Shown piece by piece: positions 8,959 to 18,934 of a DNA stretch of 64,000 nucleotides. Source of the DNA: Patescibacteria group bacterium (GTDB taxonomy: Bacteria; Patescibacteriota; Patescibacteriia; GWA2-46-9); NCBI GenBank assembly GCA_041660005.1, contig JBAZXG010000004.1, positions 5,720 to 69,719 of the forward strand. The letters are read 5' to 3'. Positions within the stretch are counted from its first letter, which is position 1, and each line of letters begins with the position of its first letter. Under the pieces are notes generated by a model, which was not told the origin of the DNA, did not search any database, and saw nothing but the letters and a program-made list of their open reading frames with translations. The position numbers and the translations under genes are program-made.

Positions 8959-9975
8959 GCGAATTGTTTTACCCACTAGCTCCGCCATTTCAACTAAACG
9001 ATTTACGTAGCCCCACTCATTGTCATACCAAGCAATGACTTTGAGTAGGTCGCCGTCAACTACCATGGTAAGTCCAAGATCAACAATAGCCGAATGACTA
9101 TTGCCCACAATATTTGAAGAGACTAACGCCTCATCAGTTACCGCCAGAATACCTTTCCAGCGTTCTTGCTCTGCTGCTTTACGAAAGGCTTCATTCACTT
9201 CTTCTTTAGTTGTAGGTCTATTCAATAAAAACGTAAAATCAGTGAGTGAACCGACAGGAAGCGGCACACGCAATGCTAGGCCGTCAAATTTTCCCTTGAG
9301 TTCTGGAATAACTTCGGTAGTCGAAACAGCAGCGCCAGTAGTTGTCGGTATGATATTAATAGCCGCCGCACGAGCTCTGCGAAGATCTTTGTGGAGGGGT
9401 GGAGTGGAACCGTCAACCAAGTTTTGTTCTGCGGTATAGGAATGCACCGTCGTTATAACCGCCTTTTTGATACCAAAAACATCCTCAATAACAGTGGTCA
9501 CTGGCGCAACGCAATTTGTGGTACATGACGCATTGGAAACAATGGCGTCACCGCTGTACGTTTCATCATTGACTCCCAAAAGATAGGTTTTGGTATCGCC
9601 CCCCTTGGTTGGCGCAGAAACGACAACACGCTTTGCCCCGGCTGCTAAGTGCGCTTTGGCTGCATCGTCACGCGTGAAACGACCAGTACACTCAAGAACT
9701 ATATCAATCCCTAATTCTTTCCAGGGCAATTTCGCAGGATCTTTCTCGGTAAAAACTTTGCACGGAACACCATCGACAACAATTTCATTTTCATTAAAAC
9801 TTACCGAAAATGGTGCCTTACCGTAAACAGAGTCATATTTCAATAAATGCGCATGCGTTTCCGTGTCCGTTGTATCGTTAATCGCAACAATATTCAGACC
9901 TTTATTACCATGTGCAACGCGAAACGCAGCACGACCTACTCGACCAAACCCGTTAATGGCAACCTTTAGAGCCAT
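8956..9975 (-). CDS. gap: Glyceraldehyde-3-phosphate dehydrogenase.
   Basis: INGFGRVGR Rossmann motif; ASCTTNCVAPV active-site Cys motif. Confidence 0.95.
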   Translation of the reverse strand: MALKVAINGFGRVGRAAFRVAHGNKGLNIVAINDTTDTETHAHLLKYDSVYGKAPFSVSFNENEIVVDGVPCKVFTEKDPAKLPWKELGIDIVLECTGRFTRDDAAKAHLAAGAKRVVVSAPTKGGDTKTYLLGVNDETYSGDAIVSNASCTTNCVAPVTTVIEDVFGIKKAVITTVHSYTAEQNLVDGSTPPLHKDLRRARAAAINIIPTTTGAAVSTTEVIPELKGKFDGLALRVPLPVGSLTDFTFLLNRPTTKEEVNEAFRKAAEQERWKGILAVTDEALVSSNIVGNSHSAIVDLGLTMVVDGDLLKVIAWYDNEWGYVNRLVEMAELVGKTIR

Positions 9976-9993
9976 AGAGTAAGAATAATTTTG

Positions 9994-10593
9994 TTATTGA
10001 CCAATAGCGTAGCGTACGAAACGCTTTATTTTTACATTCTCCCCCACTTTTGCCGTTATGGCAACCAGGAGGTCTTTCACTTTCTGTGTGTCGTCCTTAA
10101 TTGACGGCTGTTCAAGCAATACGTCTGCTTCAATAAATTTAGCAAAGCTACCCTCTAAAATCTTTGCAACGATTGCTTCATCTTTCCCGGCGAGCTTACC
10201 TTCGGTCGCAAGTCTTTCGCGAGCGAGCGCTAACTCGTTCGTTTTTACTTCCTCTGGTACGTCTTCTGCAGAAAGATAACGCGGGTCAGTGGCTGCAACT
10301 TGAAGTGCAACGTCATGAACAAATTGCTGAAAATCTTCATTTCTTGCTACAAAATCTGTTTCACACGCTACCTCAACCATCACACCAACTCGCCCATTGC
10401 CATGAACATAGGTGTGTATAAGACCCTCGGTAGTGGCACGGTCCTGTTTCTTCAATGCTTTGGCCTGACCGCGCTTGCGCAATAGTTCCAGTGCCTTATC
10501 TTGGTCACCATTTGCTTCTTGAAGTGCTTTGTGAATATCATTCATGCCCGCTCCGGTTTCACGACGAAGCGCTACGATCATGTCTTTTGTCAT
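9994..10593 (-). CDS. tsf: Elongation factor Ts (short form).
   Basis: N-terminal UBA-like LRRETGAGMNDIHKAL; a core of about 200 aa. Confidence 0.85.
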   Translation of the reverse strand: MTKDMIVALRRETGAGMNDIHKALQEANGDQDKALELLRKRGQAKALKKQDRATTEGLIHTYVHGNGRVGVMVEVACETDFVARNEDFQQFVHDVALQVAATDPRYLSAEDVPEEVKTNELALARERLATEGKLAGKDEAIVAKILEGSFAKFIEADVLLEQPSIKDDTQKVKDLLVAITAKVGENVKIKRFVRYAIGQ

Positions 10594-10646
10594 AGTACTA
10601 ACATTTAAAAATTAACATTTCCCCTCCCACAAAACCCAACCGAACG

Positions 10647-11408
10647 CTAAGCAACAGGTTTGATCGGTGCTGGCGCCACAATGCTAACTCGACGAGCCTG
10701 ACCCCGTAAGACCGCAGCTGCCACTTGGTCGATCATGAGTTTCAGCGCACCAACGGCGTCATCATTCGATGCTATAGGATACTGCACTTGATCCGGGTTC
10801 GCATTGGTGTCACAAAGTGCGGCAATCGGCACACCAATTTTGTTGGCCTCACTAATCGCGGTTCGCTCACGGCGGACATCAATCAAAAATATGGCCTCAG
10901 GAATTTTATCCAGTTTTGCAATGCCGCCAATAACGCCTTCCAACCGATTATATTCTCGCTCACGCTCCAAGCGCTCTTTCTTGGTCATGTTCTCAAATGA
11001 GTTCTGTTCAATCATGCGCCCCAGTTCTTTGTGACGGGCAATCATTTTGCCAATAACGCTAAAGTTCGTCAGCATGCCGCCGATCCAACGATCGTGAACG
11101 TAAGGCATACCTACTCCTTCCGCAGCCGACTTTACATAACTTTGTATTTGCTTCTTTGTGCCGACAAAGAGCACATTGCCGCCGTTGGCGACCACATCCT
11201 CAATAAAATTTACCGCCCGCTCCAATTGCTGTCGTGTAGCTTCAAGATTAATGATGTGTACACCCTGGCGCGAAGTAAAAATAAACGGACGCATCTTTGG
11301 GTACCATTTTGAGGTCAAATGACCAAAATGAACGCCGGCTTTCAGCATCTCTAAAATGCTGGGTAGCGCGCCGTGTTGTTTTCTTTCGGTAACCTGTATT
11401 TCTGCCAT
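10647..11408 (-). CDS. rpsB: 30S ribosomal protein S2. The likely ATG start is MAEIQV at 11408; the track ORF runs to 11414 through a TTG.
   Basis: GVHFGHLTSKWYPKM S2 signature; rpsB-tsf synteny. Confidence 0.9.
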   Translation of the reverse strand: MAEIQVTERKQHGALPSILEMLKAGVHFGHLTSKWYPKMRPFIFTSRQGVHIINLEATRQQLERAVNFIEDVVANGGNVLFVGTKKQIQSYVKSAAEGVGMPYVHDRWIGGMLTNFSVIGKMIARHKELGRMIEQNSFENMTKKERLEREREYNRLEGVIGGIAKLDKIPEAIFLIDVRRERTAISEANKIGVPIAALCDTNANPDQVQYPIASNDDAVGALKLMIDQVAAAVLRGQARRVSIVAPAPIKPVA

Positions 11409-11430
11409 AAACAATTAAAGAAAATTAAGT

Positions 11431-11450
11431 CCCACGCCCGGTTGCGTGGG
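11431..11450 (-). promoter_or_regulatory. Stable hairpin in the rpsB 5' leader, followed by a U-rich tract and lying about 23 nt upstream of the start codon. Possible autoregulatory or attenuator element.
   Basis: Perfect 7-bp stem cccacgc/gcgtggg with a 6-nt loop. It sits within a roughly 100-nt leader downstream of the predicted promoter. Confidence 0.4.
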
Positions 11451-11514
11451 TCATGCGCTCGCCTTGATACTTTAAGCAGTAACGCCAAATTATCAAAGGT
11501 AAAGAGCGAAAAAA

Positions 11515-11543
11515 AGTATAACAGGTTAGATAAAAACTGGCAA
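11515..11543 (-). promoter_or_regulatory. Sigma70-type promoter for rpsB-tsf (TTGCCA-17-TATACT on the minus strand).
   Basis: Reverse complement of 11515-11543 reads TTGCCA, a 17-nt spacer, then TATACT. Confidence 0.5.
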
Positions 11544-11578
11544 GACTTTGCTGAAATGAGGCACTTCACCAGGAAACC

Positions 11579-11607
11579 TTGCCAAAGAATTACGCCTCTG
11601 CTACTAT
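11579..11607 (+). promoter_or_regulatory. Sigma70-type promoter for rpmE-prfA-prmC (TTGCCA-17-TACTAT), giving an essentially leaderless mRNA.
   Basis: ttgcca at 11579-84, a 17-nt spacer, tactat at 11602-07, ATG at 11617. Confidence 0.5.
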
Positions 11608-11616
11608 CCTCACACT

Positions 11617-11940
11617 ATGAAATCAGCGATTCACCCAACGTATCACCCAAAAGCAACCGTTGTCTGCGTTTGCGGCAACACTTTTACGGTCGGCGCAACA
11701 GCGCCAGAACTGCATGTTGAACTGTGCAGCAATTGCCACCCCTTCTATACTGGAAAGCAAAAGCTGGTAGACACCGCACGACGGGTCGATAAATTTCAAA
11801 AACGAATTGATGCGCAGGGTTCTGCGGCCGAAGGCAAGCGCGGGAAGAAAGCCAAGCGTGCTGTACGAGCCACCAAACGAACACGAAAAGTTGACGAGTC
11901 AGCAAAGCCCCTTAGCAAAAAGAAAGCGTCCGCCGCGTAG
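11617..11940 (+). CDS. rpmE: 50S ribosomal protein L31 with a Lys-rich C-terminal extension.
   Basis: [11 protein letters not shown]...CVCGNTF...[13 protein letters not shown], the classic L31 zinc-ribbon pattern. Confidence 0.9.
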   Translation: MKSAIHPTYHPKATVVCVCGNTFTVGATAPELHVELCSNCHPFYTGKQKLVDTARRVDKFQKRIDAQGSAAEGKRGKKAKRAVRATKRTRKVDESAKPLSKKKASAA

Positions 11941-11979
11941 CTACGGACGGGCAGTATTGCCTGCCGGCAGAGAACAACT

Positions 11980-13041
11980 GTGCTATCTGAAATTGACCAA
12001 CAAAAACTGAGAGAGCAAGTACATGCCCTCGAGGAGAAACTTGCCTCTCTAAGCGCGCCACAAGATCAGGCGGCTTTTCGTCGCGTCCAAATGGAATACC
12101 AGGAGCGAAAAAAAATTCTCGACCTTATTGATGACGAAGAAAAAATTACTAAGCAAAGGGATGGCGTTAAATCAATGGCGCAGCACGAAAGCGACCCAGC
12201 GATTCGTGCCATGGCAGAGCAAGAATTTACCGATTTAGAAAAAAAATTAGAAACCACCAAGCGGGAACTGGACGAACTTTTACACCCCGCTGACCCGCTC
12301 GATAAGAAAAACATTATCGTTGAAATTCGTGCTGCCGCAGGCGGCGACGAAGCGGCGCTCTTTGCAGCGCAGCTCTTTCGCATGTACACACGCTATGCTG
12401 AAGACCGTCGCTGGAAAACACGCCTCATTAGCCAAAACCGAACCGGCATTGGTGGCTACAAAGAAATAATTTTTTCAATTGAAGGAGAGCGCGTCTACAG
12501 CCGACTGCGCTATGAAAGCGGCGTGCATCGCGTACAGCGTGTTCCTGAGACTGAAAAAAGCGGTCGCGTTCATACTTCGACCGCAACGGTCGCGGTGTTA
12601 CCAGAAGCTGATGAAGTGGACATTGTGATCGACCCTAAAGATCTTGAAATGAAGGCCTCAACTGCCGGCGGCCACGGCGGACAGTCGGTCAACACCACCT
12701 ACTCTGCCATTCGCATTGTGCACCTGCCAACCGGCATTGTTGTGCAGTGCCAAGACGAGCGCAATTTCCAGCAAAACAAACTAAAAGCCATGGAAGTTCT
12801 GCGAGCGCGGCTTTTAGACATGGAAACTCGCAAAAGGACAGCCGCAGAAGCCAGCAGTCGCAAATCACAAGTCGGCACGGGTGAGCGATCTGAAAAAATT
12901 CGAACCTATAACTTTCCACAAGATCGAGTGACGGACCATCGACTCAGTGATAATTTTCACGACGTACCCCACATTTTGGACGGTAACCTGGATCCCATTA
13001 TTGAAGAGTTAAAAACAGCTGAACGCAGTCATGCGAACTGA
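11980..13041 (+). CDS. prfA: Peptide chain release factor 1.
   Basis: GGQ motif ([11 protein letters not shown]). The RF1-type tripeptide region reads [17 protein letters not shown], so PET stands where RF1 usually has PAT/PVT. Confidence 0.85.
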   Translation: MLSEIDQQKLREQVHALEEKLASLSAPQDQAAFRRVQMEYQERKKILDLIDDEEKITKQRDGVKSMAQHESDPAIRAMAEQEFTDLEKKLETTKRELDELLHPADPLDKKNIIVEIRAAAGGDEAALFAAQLFRMYTRYAEDRRWKTRLISQNRTGIGGYKEIIFSIEGERVYSRLRYESGVHRVQRVPETEKSGRVHTSTATVAVLPEADEVDIVIDPKDLEMKASTAGGHGGQSVNTTYSAIRIVHLPTGIVVQCQDERNFQQNKLKAMEVLRARLLDMETRKRTAAEASSRKSQVGTGERSEKIRTYNFPQDRVTDHRLSDNFHDVPHILDGNLDPIIEELKTAERSHAN

Positions 13042-13882
13042 TCGGCTTCTTAAAAAAAGTGGACTGCCTCAAGACGAGGCGGAATACCTGCTCGCCCATG
13101 TACTCCACACCGACACCGCTCACCTGCTCGCGCACCCAGAACATCTTGTATCGTTCATCAGTACTCTGCGTTTTCTTCGACTATGCTCATTGAGGCGGCA
13201 ACATAAACCCCTTGCCTATTTAACGCAGGAACAATTTTTTTACGGTCAGAAGTTCATGGTTAATCCGCGCGTGCTCATACCCCGCCACACCACTGAGATT
13301 CTTGTCGACTCTGCAGTCCAAATAATCGAACAAAACGAGCATATCAACACCGTCATTGATATCGGAACTGGGTCAGGCGCCATTGTTATTGCAACTGCGC
13401 TGGCGGTCAACCAAAACCGTAAAAATACCATACGCTGGCATGCCTCTGACGTGTCGTCTTCTTCGCTCAGAGTTGCTCAAAAAAATGCCGCGAAACTAAA
13501 TGCCCCAGCGATTACTTGGCACAAAGGTAGTCTCATTGAACCCGTGGCTCACCTACTGCAAAACAACGCTAGCAAAACTTTACTTTTAGCAAATCTGCCG
13601 TACCTCAGCTATGAAGACTATGCTAAAACAGAAATGCAAATCAGCTTTGAGCCAGAACATGCACTCTTAAGTGGCATTGATGGCCTTAACCATTACCGAC
13701 GACTCGTGCAGGAACTTGCGTTGCTCCCTTTGGGCGGACTCCATGCGATTTTTGAGACAGACCCCTGCAACATTGAAATGCTCGCTCGCTATATGAGCGA
13801 GCAGTTACCAGGAGCCACTTTAGAAATGACGCAGGACGAACTTTCTTTGCCTCGTTTTATATTTGCCCACTGGTTCGCATAA
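13031..13882 (+). CDS. prmC: Release-factor glutamine N5-methyltransferase (HemK/PrmC).
   Basis: SAM-binding [10 protein letters not shown]; catalytic motif reads LLANLPYL, i.e. NLPY instead of the canonical NPPY. prfA-prmC synteny with a coupling overlap. Confidence 0.75.
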   Translation: MRTDRLLKKSGLPQDEAEYLLAHVLHTDTAHLLAHPEHLVSFISTLRFLRLCSLRRQHKPLAYLTQEQFFYGQKFMVNPRVLIPRHTTEILVDSAVQIIEQNEHINTVIDIGTGSGAIVIATALAVNQNRKNTIRWHASDVSSSSLRVAQKNAAKLNAPAITWHKGSLIEPVAHLLQNNASKTLLLANLPYLSYEDYAKTEMQISFEPEHALLSGIDGLNHYRRLVQELALLPLGGLHAIFETDPCNIEMLARYMSEQLPGATLEMTQDELSLPRFIFAHWFA

Positions 13883-13889
13883 ACAAAAA

Positions 13890-13914
13890 CCCCGCGTTAT
13901 CACGCGGGGTTTTT
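13890..13914. terminator. Bidirectional rho-independent terminator between prmC (plus) and rplY (minus).
   Basis: aaaaa-CCCCGCG-ttatca-CGCGGGG-ttttt, with an A-run on one side and a T-run on the other. Confidence 0.8.
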
Positions 13915-13931
13915 GTTCAGAAAAGAATCAA

Positions 13932-14612
13932 CTATTTTTTCTCGCCGCTTCCAACTTTGGCCTCTTCGCTTGCAGCTTCTTCAGTCTTTCCTTTCTTTTC
14001 AACTTCAACAGTTGAAACATCCGCCACAACAACTGGTGTCTCCTCTTCTTCCTTACGGGGTGGGTGAACAGCAACAACAACCGTTTCAGGGTCATTCATA
14101 ACGGTAACACCTTCCGGCATAGGAATATCCTTGACGTGTAGCGCATCGTTAATATTCGCGAGCACCGCAATATCAACACGAAGTTCGTGCACCAGAGCAG
14201 AAGGTAAACATTCGATCGTAGCGTGGTCCAAAGCTTTAACAAGCACGCCGCCCTGTTCTTTTACCGCTGGCGACTCACCATCAAATACAAACGGCACCGT
14301 CACGGTTAAGGTTTTCTTCATATTCACGCGATAAAAATCGACGTGCTCGAAGTCTCCGGTGACCGGCTGACGCTGAATATCGTGAATAAGCACGACAAAC
14401 GGCGTCCCTGTGCCAACGGTTAAGTCGACGAGACTGCTTTCACCTGCCGCACTAAAAAGCTTTTGAAAACTCCCGAGCGGTATGCTGACATTAATGTTTG
14501 GCTCACCTTGTCCGTAAACAACACCAGGAATCAGAGCCTCATCTCGGAGTGCTCTGTTCTTCTTACCAAAAACCGTCCGCTCTTGGACGGCAATATTAAA
14601 CTTTTGTGCCAT
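13932..14612 (-). CDS. rplY: 50S ribosomal protein L25 / general stress protein Ctc, with an acidic Lys/Glu-rich C-terminal tail.
   Basis: N-terminal AVQERTVFGKKNRALRDEALIPGVVYG is an L25 signature; 226 aa with a tail. Confidence 0.8.
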   Translation of the reverse strand: MAQKFNIAVQERTVFGKKNRALRDEALIPGVVYGQGEPNINVSIPLGSFQKLFSAAGESSLVDLTVGTGTPFVVLIHDIQRQPVTGDFEHVDFYRVNMKKTLTVTVPFVFDGESPAVKEQGGVLVKALDHATIECLPSALVHELRVDIAVLANINDALHVKDIPMPEGVTVMNDPETVVVAVHPPRKEEEETPVVVADVSTVEVEKKGKTEEAASEEAKVGSGEKK

Positions 14613-14616
14613 CGAA

Positions 14617-14955
14617 TTATTGGGTTACGAGTGCTTGGAGTGAACCATTGGTGATTGCCTCATGAAGATCGAGGACATCGTCTGCTGTTACAGGACGCCG
14701 CTCTTTGGCGAGCACCTCGTCACTAGCAAGATCGGTTAAGATACCAACCGAATTCACACCAAACATATTTGCAAAGATAAGCGCCACAACAGCGCTTTTG
14801 CACTTAACGCACGGCACATGCAATAGATACGCGTCTTCCCTTTCGGCTATAACCTTGGCTGAGCTCGGCTGATACCGCGTTTGACAGAGCGGACAACGAG
14901 CCATAAGGCGAAAGCCTTCTTGGAAAAACGAGCGATCCAGATCATGCATTGCCAT
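14617..14955 (-). CDS. Hypothetical small protein with a CxxC...CxxC zinc-ribbon.
   Basis: CPLCQ...CVKCKS; no further recognisable motif. Confidence 0.45.
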   Translation of the reverse strand: MAMHDLDRSFFQEGFRLMARCPLCQTRYQPSSAKVIAEREDAYLLHVPCVKCKSAVVALIFANMFGVNSVGILTDLASDEVLAKERRPVTADDVLDLHEAITNGSLQALVTQ

Positions 14956-15012
14956 AATAAAGTACGCCAGAAACGTATCATCTTACACCTACGATGTCAA
15001 CAATAACGAGAA

Positions 15013-15053
15013 AGGGCCGGTAGCAGCGTGGGTTTAATCCTGCTGCTCCGGCC
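15013..15053 (-). terminator. Stem-loop terminator downstream of the leuA-like gene.
   Basis: A stem of about 13 bp, gggccgg(t)agcagc / gctgctccggccc, followed on the minus strand by a moderately U-rich tract. Confidence 0.5.
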
Positions 15054-15109
15054 CGTTCTCTCTCCTTCTTGTTATTACCTCCTTCCCTCCTCGGGAAAAC
15101 TGTTCGATG

Positions 15110-16672
15110 TCACGGCCGCTCGACGTCGGTCGCACGAGCGCGGCGGACCTCAAAACGGTTGAGCGCGTCCGTGAAAGCGTACGCGCTTGCCGTCGGTACG
15201 TCGGTGTCCATGCCGTGCCCACGAATGAGCTGGCCGTCGATACTGAGCAAGCAGACCACGCGAGCGTTCGCGTCCGCCCCGACAGTTACTGACTCGCACT
15301 TGTACTCCGACAGAAGAATGATTTTTGCCGTGGGATTGATCTCCTGATAGAACTCAAGAACCCCACGGAAAATCACATTGACGATGCCATCGCCCATCGG
15401 CTCCACCACGCGCAGCGCCCCATCAACTTTTCCGACGACGACAGCCATCACGGATCGTGAGGGCAGACGGCTCATGAGCTGCGCATGGACGAAACGAACG
15501 CGCTCGGGAACATCGTCGCAACCGTCGATAATCGCGAACAGGTCTTCGTTGTAGATCTCCTTCTTTCTGTCTGCCAGTATCTTGAGCCGGTCGAAGCACC
15601 TACGAACGTCGATATCTGCAGGATTGATACCGAGCTCTTTCAGTGCCTCAATAAAGCCGGTCATCCCGGAATGTTTCCCGAGTACCAACTTTGTCCGCAC
15701 TCTGCCGACGTCTTCTGGGCGCATGATCTCGTAGGTGAGAACGTCTTTTGTAACGCCGTCCTGGTGGATTCCGGCTTCGTGCGAGAATGCGTTCGCTCCT
15801 ACGATTGGCTTCGTCGGTGCAATCGGCACACCGACAATATTCGAGAGAGTTTTGCCTGCCGGGTAGAAGTGCTTGGTTCGTACGCGAGTACTAACACCGA
15901 AGTAGTCTTCGCGCGTCCTGAGCGCCATGACCACTTCGTCCATCGCCGTGTTGCCAGCCCGCTCGCCGATCCCGTTGATGGTGCACTCGATCTGTCGGGC
16001 GCCTCCCTCCACAGCTGCCAAGGAATTGGCGACCGCCAAACCGAGGTCGTTGTGGCAATGAGTACTCCAGATGACACGATCGCCTCCCGGAGTACGCGCG
16101 CGCAGCGTACGGAAAAGTTCACGGATCTGAACCGGCACCGCGTAGCCGGTGGTGTCAGGCACGTTGCAGACGACAGCGCCGGCAGCGATGACTGCCCCGA
16201 ACACCTGGATCAGGTATTCGATGTCGCTCCGCGAGGCGTCCTCGGCCGAGAACTCGATGTAGTCAACGTCGCGCCTGCAACGCTGCACTGCCCACACTGC
16301 CGCATCCAGCGCTTCTTGCCGACTCATCCCGAGCTTCTTCTCGAGATGCAAGTCCGAGGTCGCGATGAACACGTGAATCCCCGGCTTATCGGCGCCATCG
16401 ACCGCAGAGAGCGCCCTCTCGATGTCGGCTTCCTTGGTGCGTGCCAAGCTCAGCACCACCGGCCCTTTGACCGCGCGCGCAACCCTTTTCACGGCTTCGA
16501 AATCGCCAGGCGACGCTGCTGCAAAACCCGCTTCAATCACGTCCACCCCGAGCGCCTCGAGTTGGCGGGCAACGACGAGCTTCTCCTCAACATTCATCGT
16601 GCATCCGGGCGATTGCTCGCCGTCTCGGAGGGTCGTGTCGAAAATCCGTACCCAGTCCTTGTCTTCACTCAT
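15110..16672 (-). CDS. leuA: 2-isopropylmalate synthase / citramalate synthase family enzyme (LeuA-like, with a C-terminal regulatory domain). Sits in a GC-rich island.
   Basis: N-terminal [16 protein letters not shown], HxH metal site ([10 protein letters not shown]), and the C-terminal LeuA dimerisation/regulatory domain. The ATG at 16672 has an AAGGAG/AGAGGA Shine-Dalgarno upstream; the track ORF starts at a GTG at 16693. The region is visibly GC-rich compared with its flanks. Confidence 0.8.
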   Translation of the reverse strand: MSEDKDWVRIFDTTLRDGEQSPGCTMNVEEKLVVARQLEALGVDVIEAGFAAASPGDFEAVKRVARAVKGPVVLSLARTKEADIERALSAVDGADKPGIHVFIATSDLHLEKKLGMSRQEALDAAVWAVQRCRRDVDYIEFSAEDASRSDIEYLIQVFGAVIAAGAVVCNVPDTTGYAVPVQIRELFRTLRARTPGGDRVIWSTHCHNDLGLAVANSLAAVEGGARQIECTINGIGERAGNTAMDEVVMALRTREDYFGVSTRVRTKHFYPAGKTLSNIVGVPIAPTKPIVGANAFSHEAGIHQDGVTKDVLTYEIMRPEDVGRVRTKLVLGKHSGMTGFIEALKELGINPADIDVRRCFDRLKILADRKKEIYNEDLFAIIDGCDDVPERVRFVHAQLMSRLPSRSVMAVVVGKVDGALRVVEPMGDGIVNVIFRGVLEFYQEINPTAKIILLSEYKCESVTVGADANARVVCLLSIDGQLIRGHGMDTDVPTASAYAFTDALNRFEVRRARATDVERP

Positions 16673-16756
16673 CTCCTTAGTCCTCTTCTCCACTAGCCGC
16701 CGCCCAAACAGGACGGGTTACGAACAAACTCACAAACATCGAATTGTTACAGAACA

Positions 16757-16792
16757 ATCAAAAAAGCTCTCCACCCGAGGGTGAAGAGCTTT
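16757..16792 (-). terminator. Rho-independent terminator for the 16958..17722 gene.
   Basis: 14-bp stem aaagctctccaccc / gggtgaagagcttt with one mismatch, followed by UUUUUU on the minus strand. Confidence 0.6.
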
Positions 16793-16957
16793 CGTGCAAG
16801 TATCTAATAAAAAGCTACGCGCAAGACAACTCTTCACCCTTTCGAGGGGTGAGCAAGCTAAGCGGAAGAAGAGTTAGACTTTGCAAGCGGTACATATTGA
16901 TTAATGAAAAGTTATCACCTCACCTACCAGTTGTCAAGATTACGTACAATGGTTGGC

Positions 16958-17722
16958 CTACTCAGTTTTAATCTTTAGTCTTTCAACAATCTCCTCAATA
17001 GCAGCAGTATATTCAGCATGAGCCCTTGGTAACGCAGCTGTATAGGTTTCAATGCCTGTTAACTCTCGTCCTACTTTTGCTTCTGCCTCATCGATTTCTG
17101 GTGTTGTCGCAAAATCAACTATGCCATCCGGCTCTCCAGTTTCTATTTTAACAATAGCACCATCTCCACCAGCTTTAGGATAGTCAAAGAAGGTTACCTC
17201 GCCGCCATCACTATATGCTCTCTTGGCACGTTCCTCACCTGGCTTGCGTACCCAGAGTTGGGTCATTTCTAACGCTCCAAGCCTACCATCTTTTTGAGCC
17301 CACTGGTTTTCAAGTGTATAAACGACACCATTAGCTCCGGGAACTACGATACGACGAATCGAAAGATCATATTTCTTATCCAACTCTAATTCTGTACCTT
17401 TATTATACAAATGCTCATTAATGGCGTTTTGAACTTCCGCGGGTAGTGGAGTAACTTTTTCCTGCGCTGCGTTGAATTCTTTTTCTCGCTCTGTTTGAAT
17501 TGAATCATCTTTCATGCACATCTTCTCTGGGAATTCCATTCTGTTCATGCACATGCGTCGTGCACTTTCCTCGCTAAGCCCGTCTGCTACTAATTGTTCA
17601 ATCTGTGATTGTCCGTTTTCAGTAACGTACTTTTGTACTGCCTCAGCGCTTACTGTACCGGGCGTGAATGCTTCCATTCCTGCAAACGCCGCGCCTATAA
17701 TTTCTTTTTTTCCAAATCTCAT
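16958..17722 (-). CDS. Hypothetical secreted protein with a predicted N-terminal signal peptide.
   Basis: MRFGKKEIIGAAFAGMEAFTPGTVSAEA looks like a signal peptide; no recognisable domain. Confidence 0.5.
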   Translation of the reverse strand: MRFGKKEIIGAAFAGMEAFTPGTVSAEAVQKYVTENGQSQIEQLVADGLSEESARRMCMNRMEFPEKMCMKDDSIQTEREKEFNAAQEKVTPLPAEVQNAINEHLYNKGTELELDKKYDLSIRRIVVPGANGVVYTLENQWAQKDGRLGALEMTQLWVRKPGEERAKRAYSDGGEVTFFDYPKAGGDGAIVKIETGEPDGIVDFATTPEIDEAEAKVGRELTGIETYTAALPRAHAEYTAAIEEIVERLKIKTE

Positions 17723-17787
17723 AGATACGTGAATTTATGGATTAAGTCCCTATATTTTACTATGAAATCCGAAAATTGCAAGGTATG

Positions 17788-18921
17788 CTAAACCGTTGCC
17801 ACTCGAGACATCTGATACCCGCGCGACCCTTCCCGGCGCGCAACATTTTGCACGATGCCGAGCAAAGCTAGATGAACCAGTAGCGAACTCCCACCTGCAG
17901 AAACAAGTGGGAAAGGAATGCCAACAACGGGCACGAGCCCCATGGACATACCGGCATTGATAAAAATTTCTACAGTAAAAAGAATGATAGTACCCAGCAC
18001 AAAAAAAGCGGCAAACCAATCGTGGCAGCGATTGATAAGTAAAAACATCCGAACATACATCATGGCGATAATACCAACAAGAACCGCGACTCCAGCAAAA
18101 CCAAGCTGCTCAGCAATGACCGCAAAAATGAAATCAGTTTCCGCTTCAGGGAGAAACCGTAACTGACTTTGTGACCCTTCGCCAAGACCTCGGCCAAATA
18201 ACTGCCCGGAACCGACCGCAATAGTTGCCTGGCGCACATTGTAGCTAGCTGAGGTAACCGCTTCAGGAGAAAAAAAGGTAGCAATGCGTTCTTTTTGGTA
18301 CGGCTTAAACAAGAACATCCAACCAATAACTAAAATCACGCTCGCTGTCACAGCAAAAGCAACTAAATACTTTCGTTTCACGCCAATAACGAGCACAAGT
18401 CCTGCCCATAACGAGAGCAGTAGTGCTGCAGAACCAAAGTCTGGTTGCAAAAATACCAGCACCGCCAAAAAAGCGGCAACTAAAAAACTCTGCACTAAGT
18501 TGCTAAAGAGATCGAGTTCACGCGATCGCCTAGCAAAATAACTTGCAAGTACAATCACTCCAACAAACTTCGCCAGCTCCACTGGTTGAAAGTGCAGCGC
18601 GCCAACAGCTAGCCAACCGCGCGTACCATTGACCACTTGCCCAAACGCCAGCGTTGCTCCGAGCAGAACTAACATGCCGACGTACAACCAACGACTAATG
18701 GACTGCCAGGTGTGAAAATGCACAAAGCTAAACAGACCATACAAAAAAAGTCCGCCAAGTGCAACGGCAACTTGTTTTTTAAATGTATAGAGATCTCCCC
18801 CGCCGCGACCAATGGCGATACTGTAAAGAGTGACCAAACCAATTCCGACAACGAGTACCATGCCAGCAAACAAAAGCCAATCAAACCGCCCTACAAATTC
18901 TCGAATCCGACTAGCAACCAT
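17788..18921 (-). CDS. SEDS-family peptidoglycan polymerase (RodA/FtsW).
   Basis: 377 aa polytopic membrane protein with a FtsW/RodA-like sequence pattern (GRFDWLLF..., conserved loop regions). Confidence 0.8.
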   Translation of the reverse strand: MVASRIREFVGRFDWLLFAGMVLVVGIGLVTLYSIAIGRGGGDLYTFKKQVAVALGGLFLYGLFSFVHFHTWQSISRWLYVGMLVLLGATLAFGQVVNGTRGWLAVGALHFQPVELAKFVGVIVLASYFARRSRELDLFSNLVQSFLVAAFLAVLVFLQPDFGSAALLLSLWAGLVLVIGVKRKYLVAFAVTASVILVIGWMFLFKPYQKERIATFFSPEAVTSASYNVRQATIAVGSGQLFGRGLGEGSQSQLRFLPEAETDFIFAVIAEQLGFAGVAVLVGIIAMMYVRMFLLINRCHDWFAAFFVLGTIILFTVEIFINAGMSMGLVPVVGIPFPLVSAGGSSLLVHLALLGIVQNVARREGSRGYQMSRVATV

Positions 18922-18934
18922 GTGATAATCGAAA

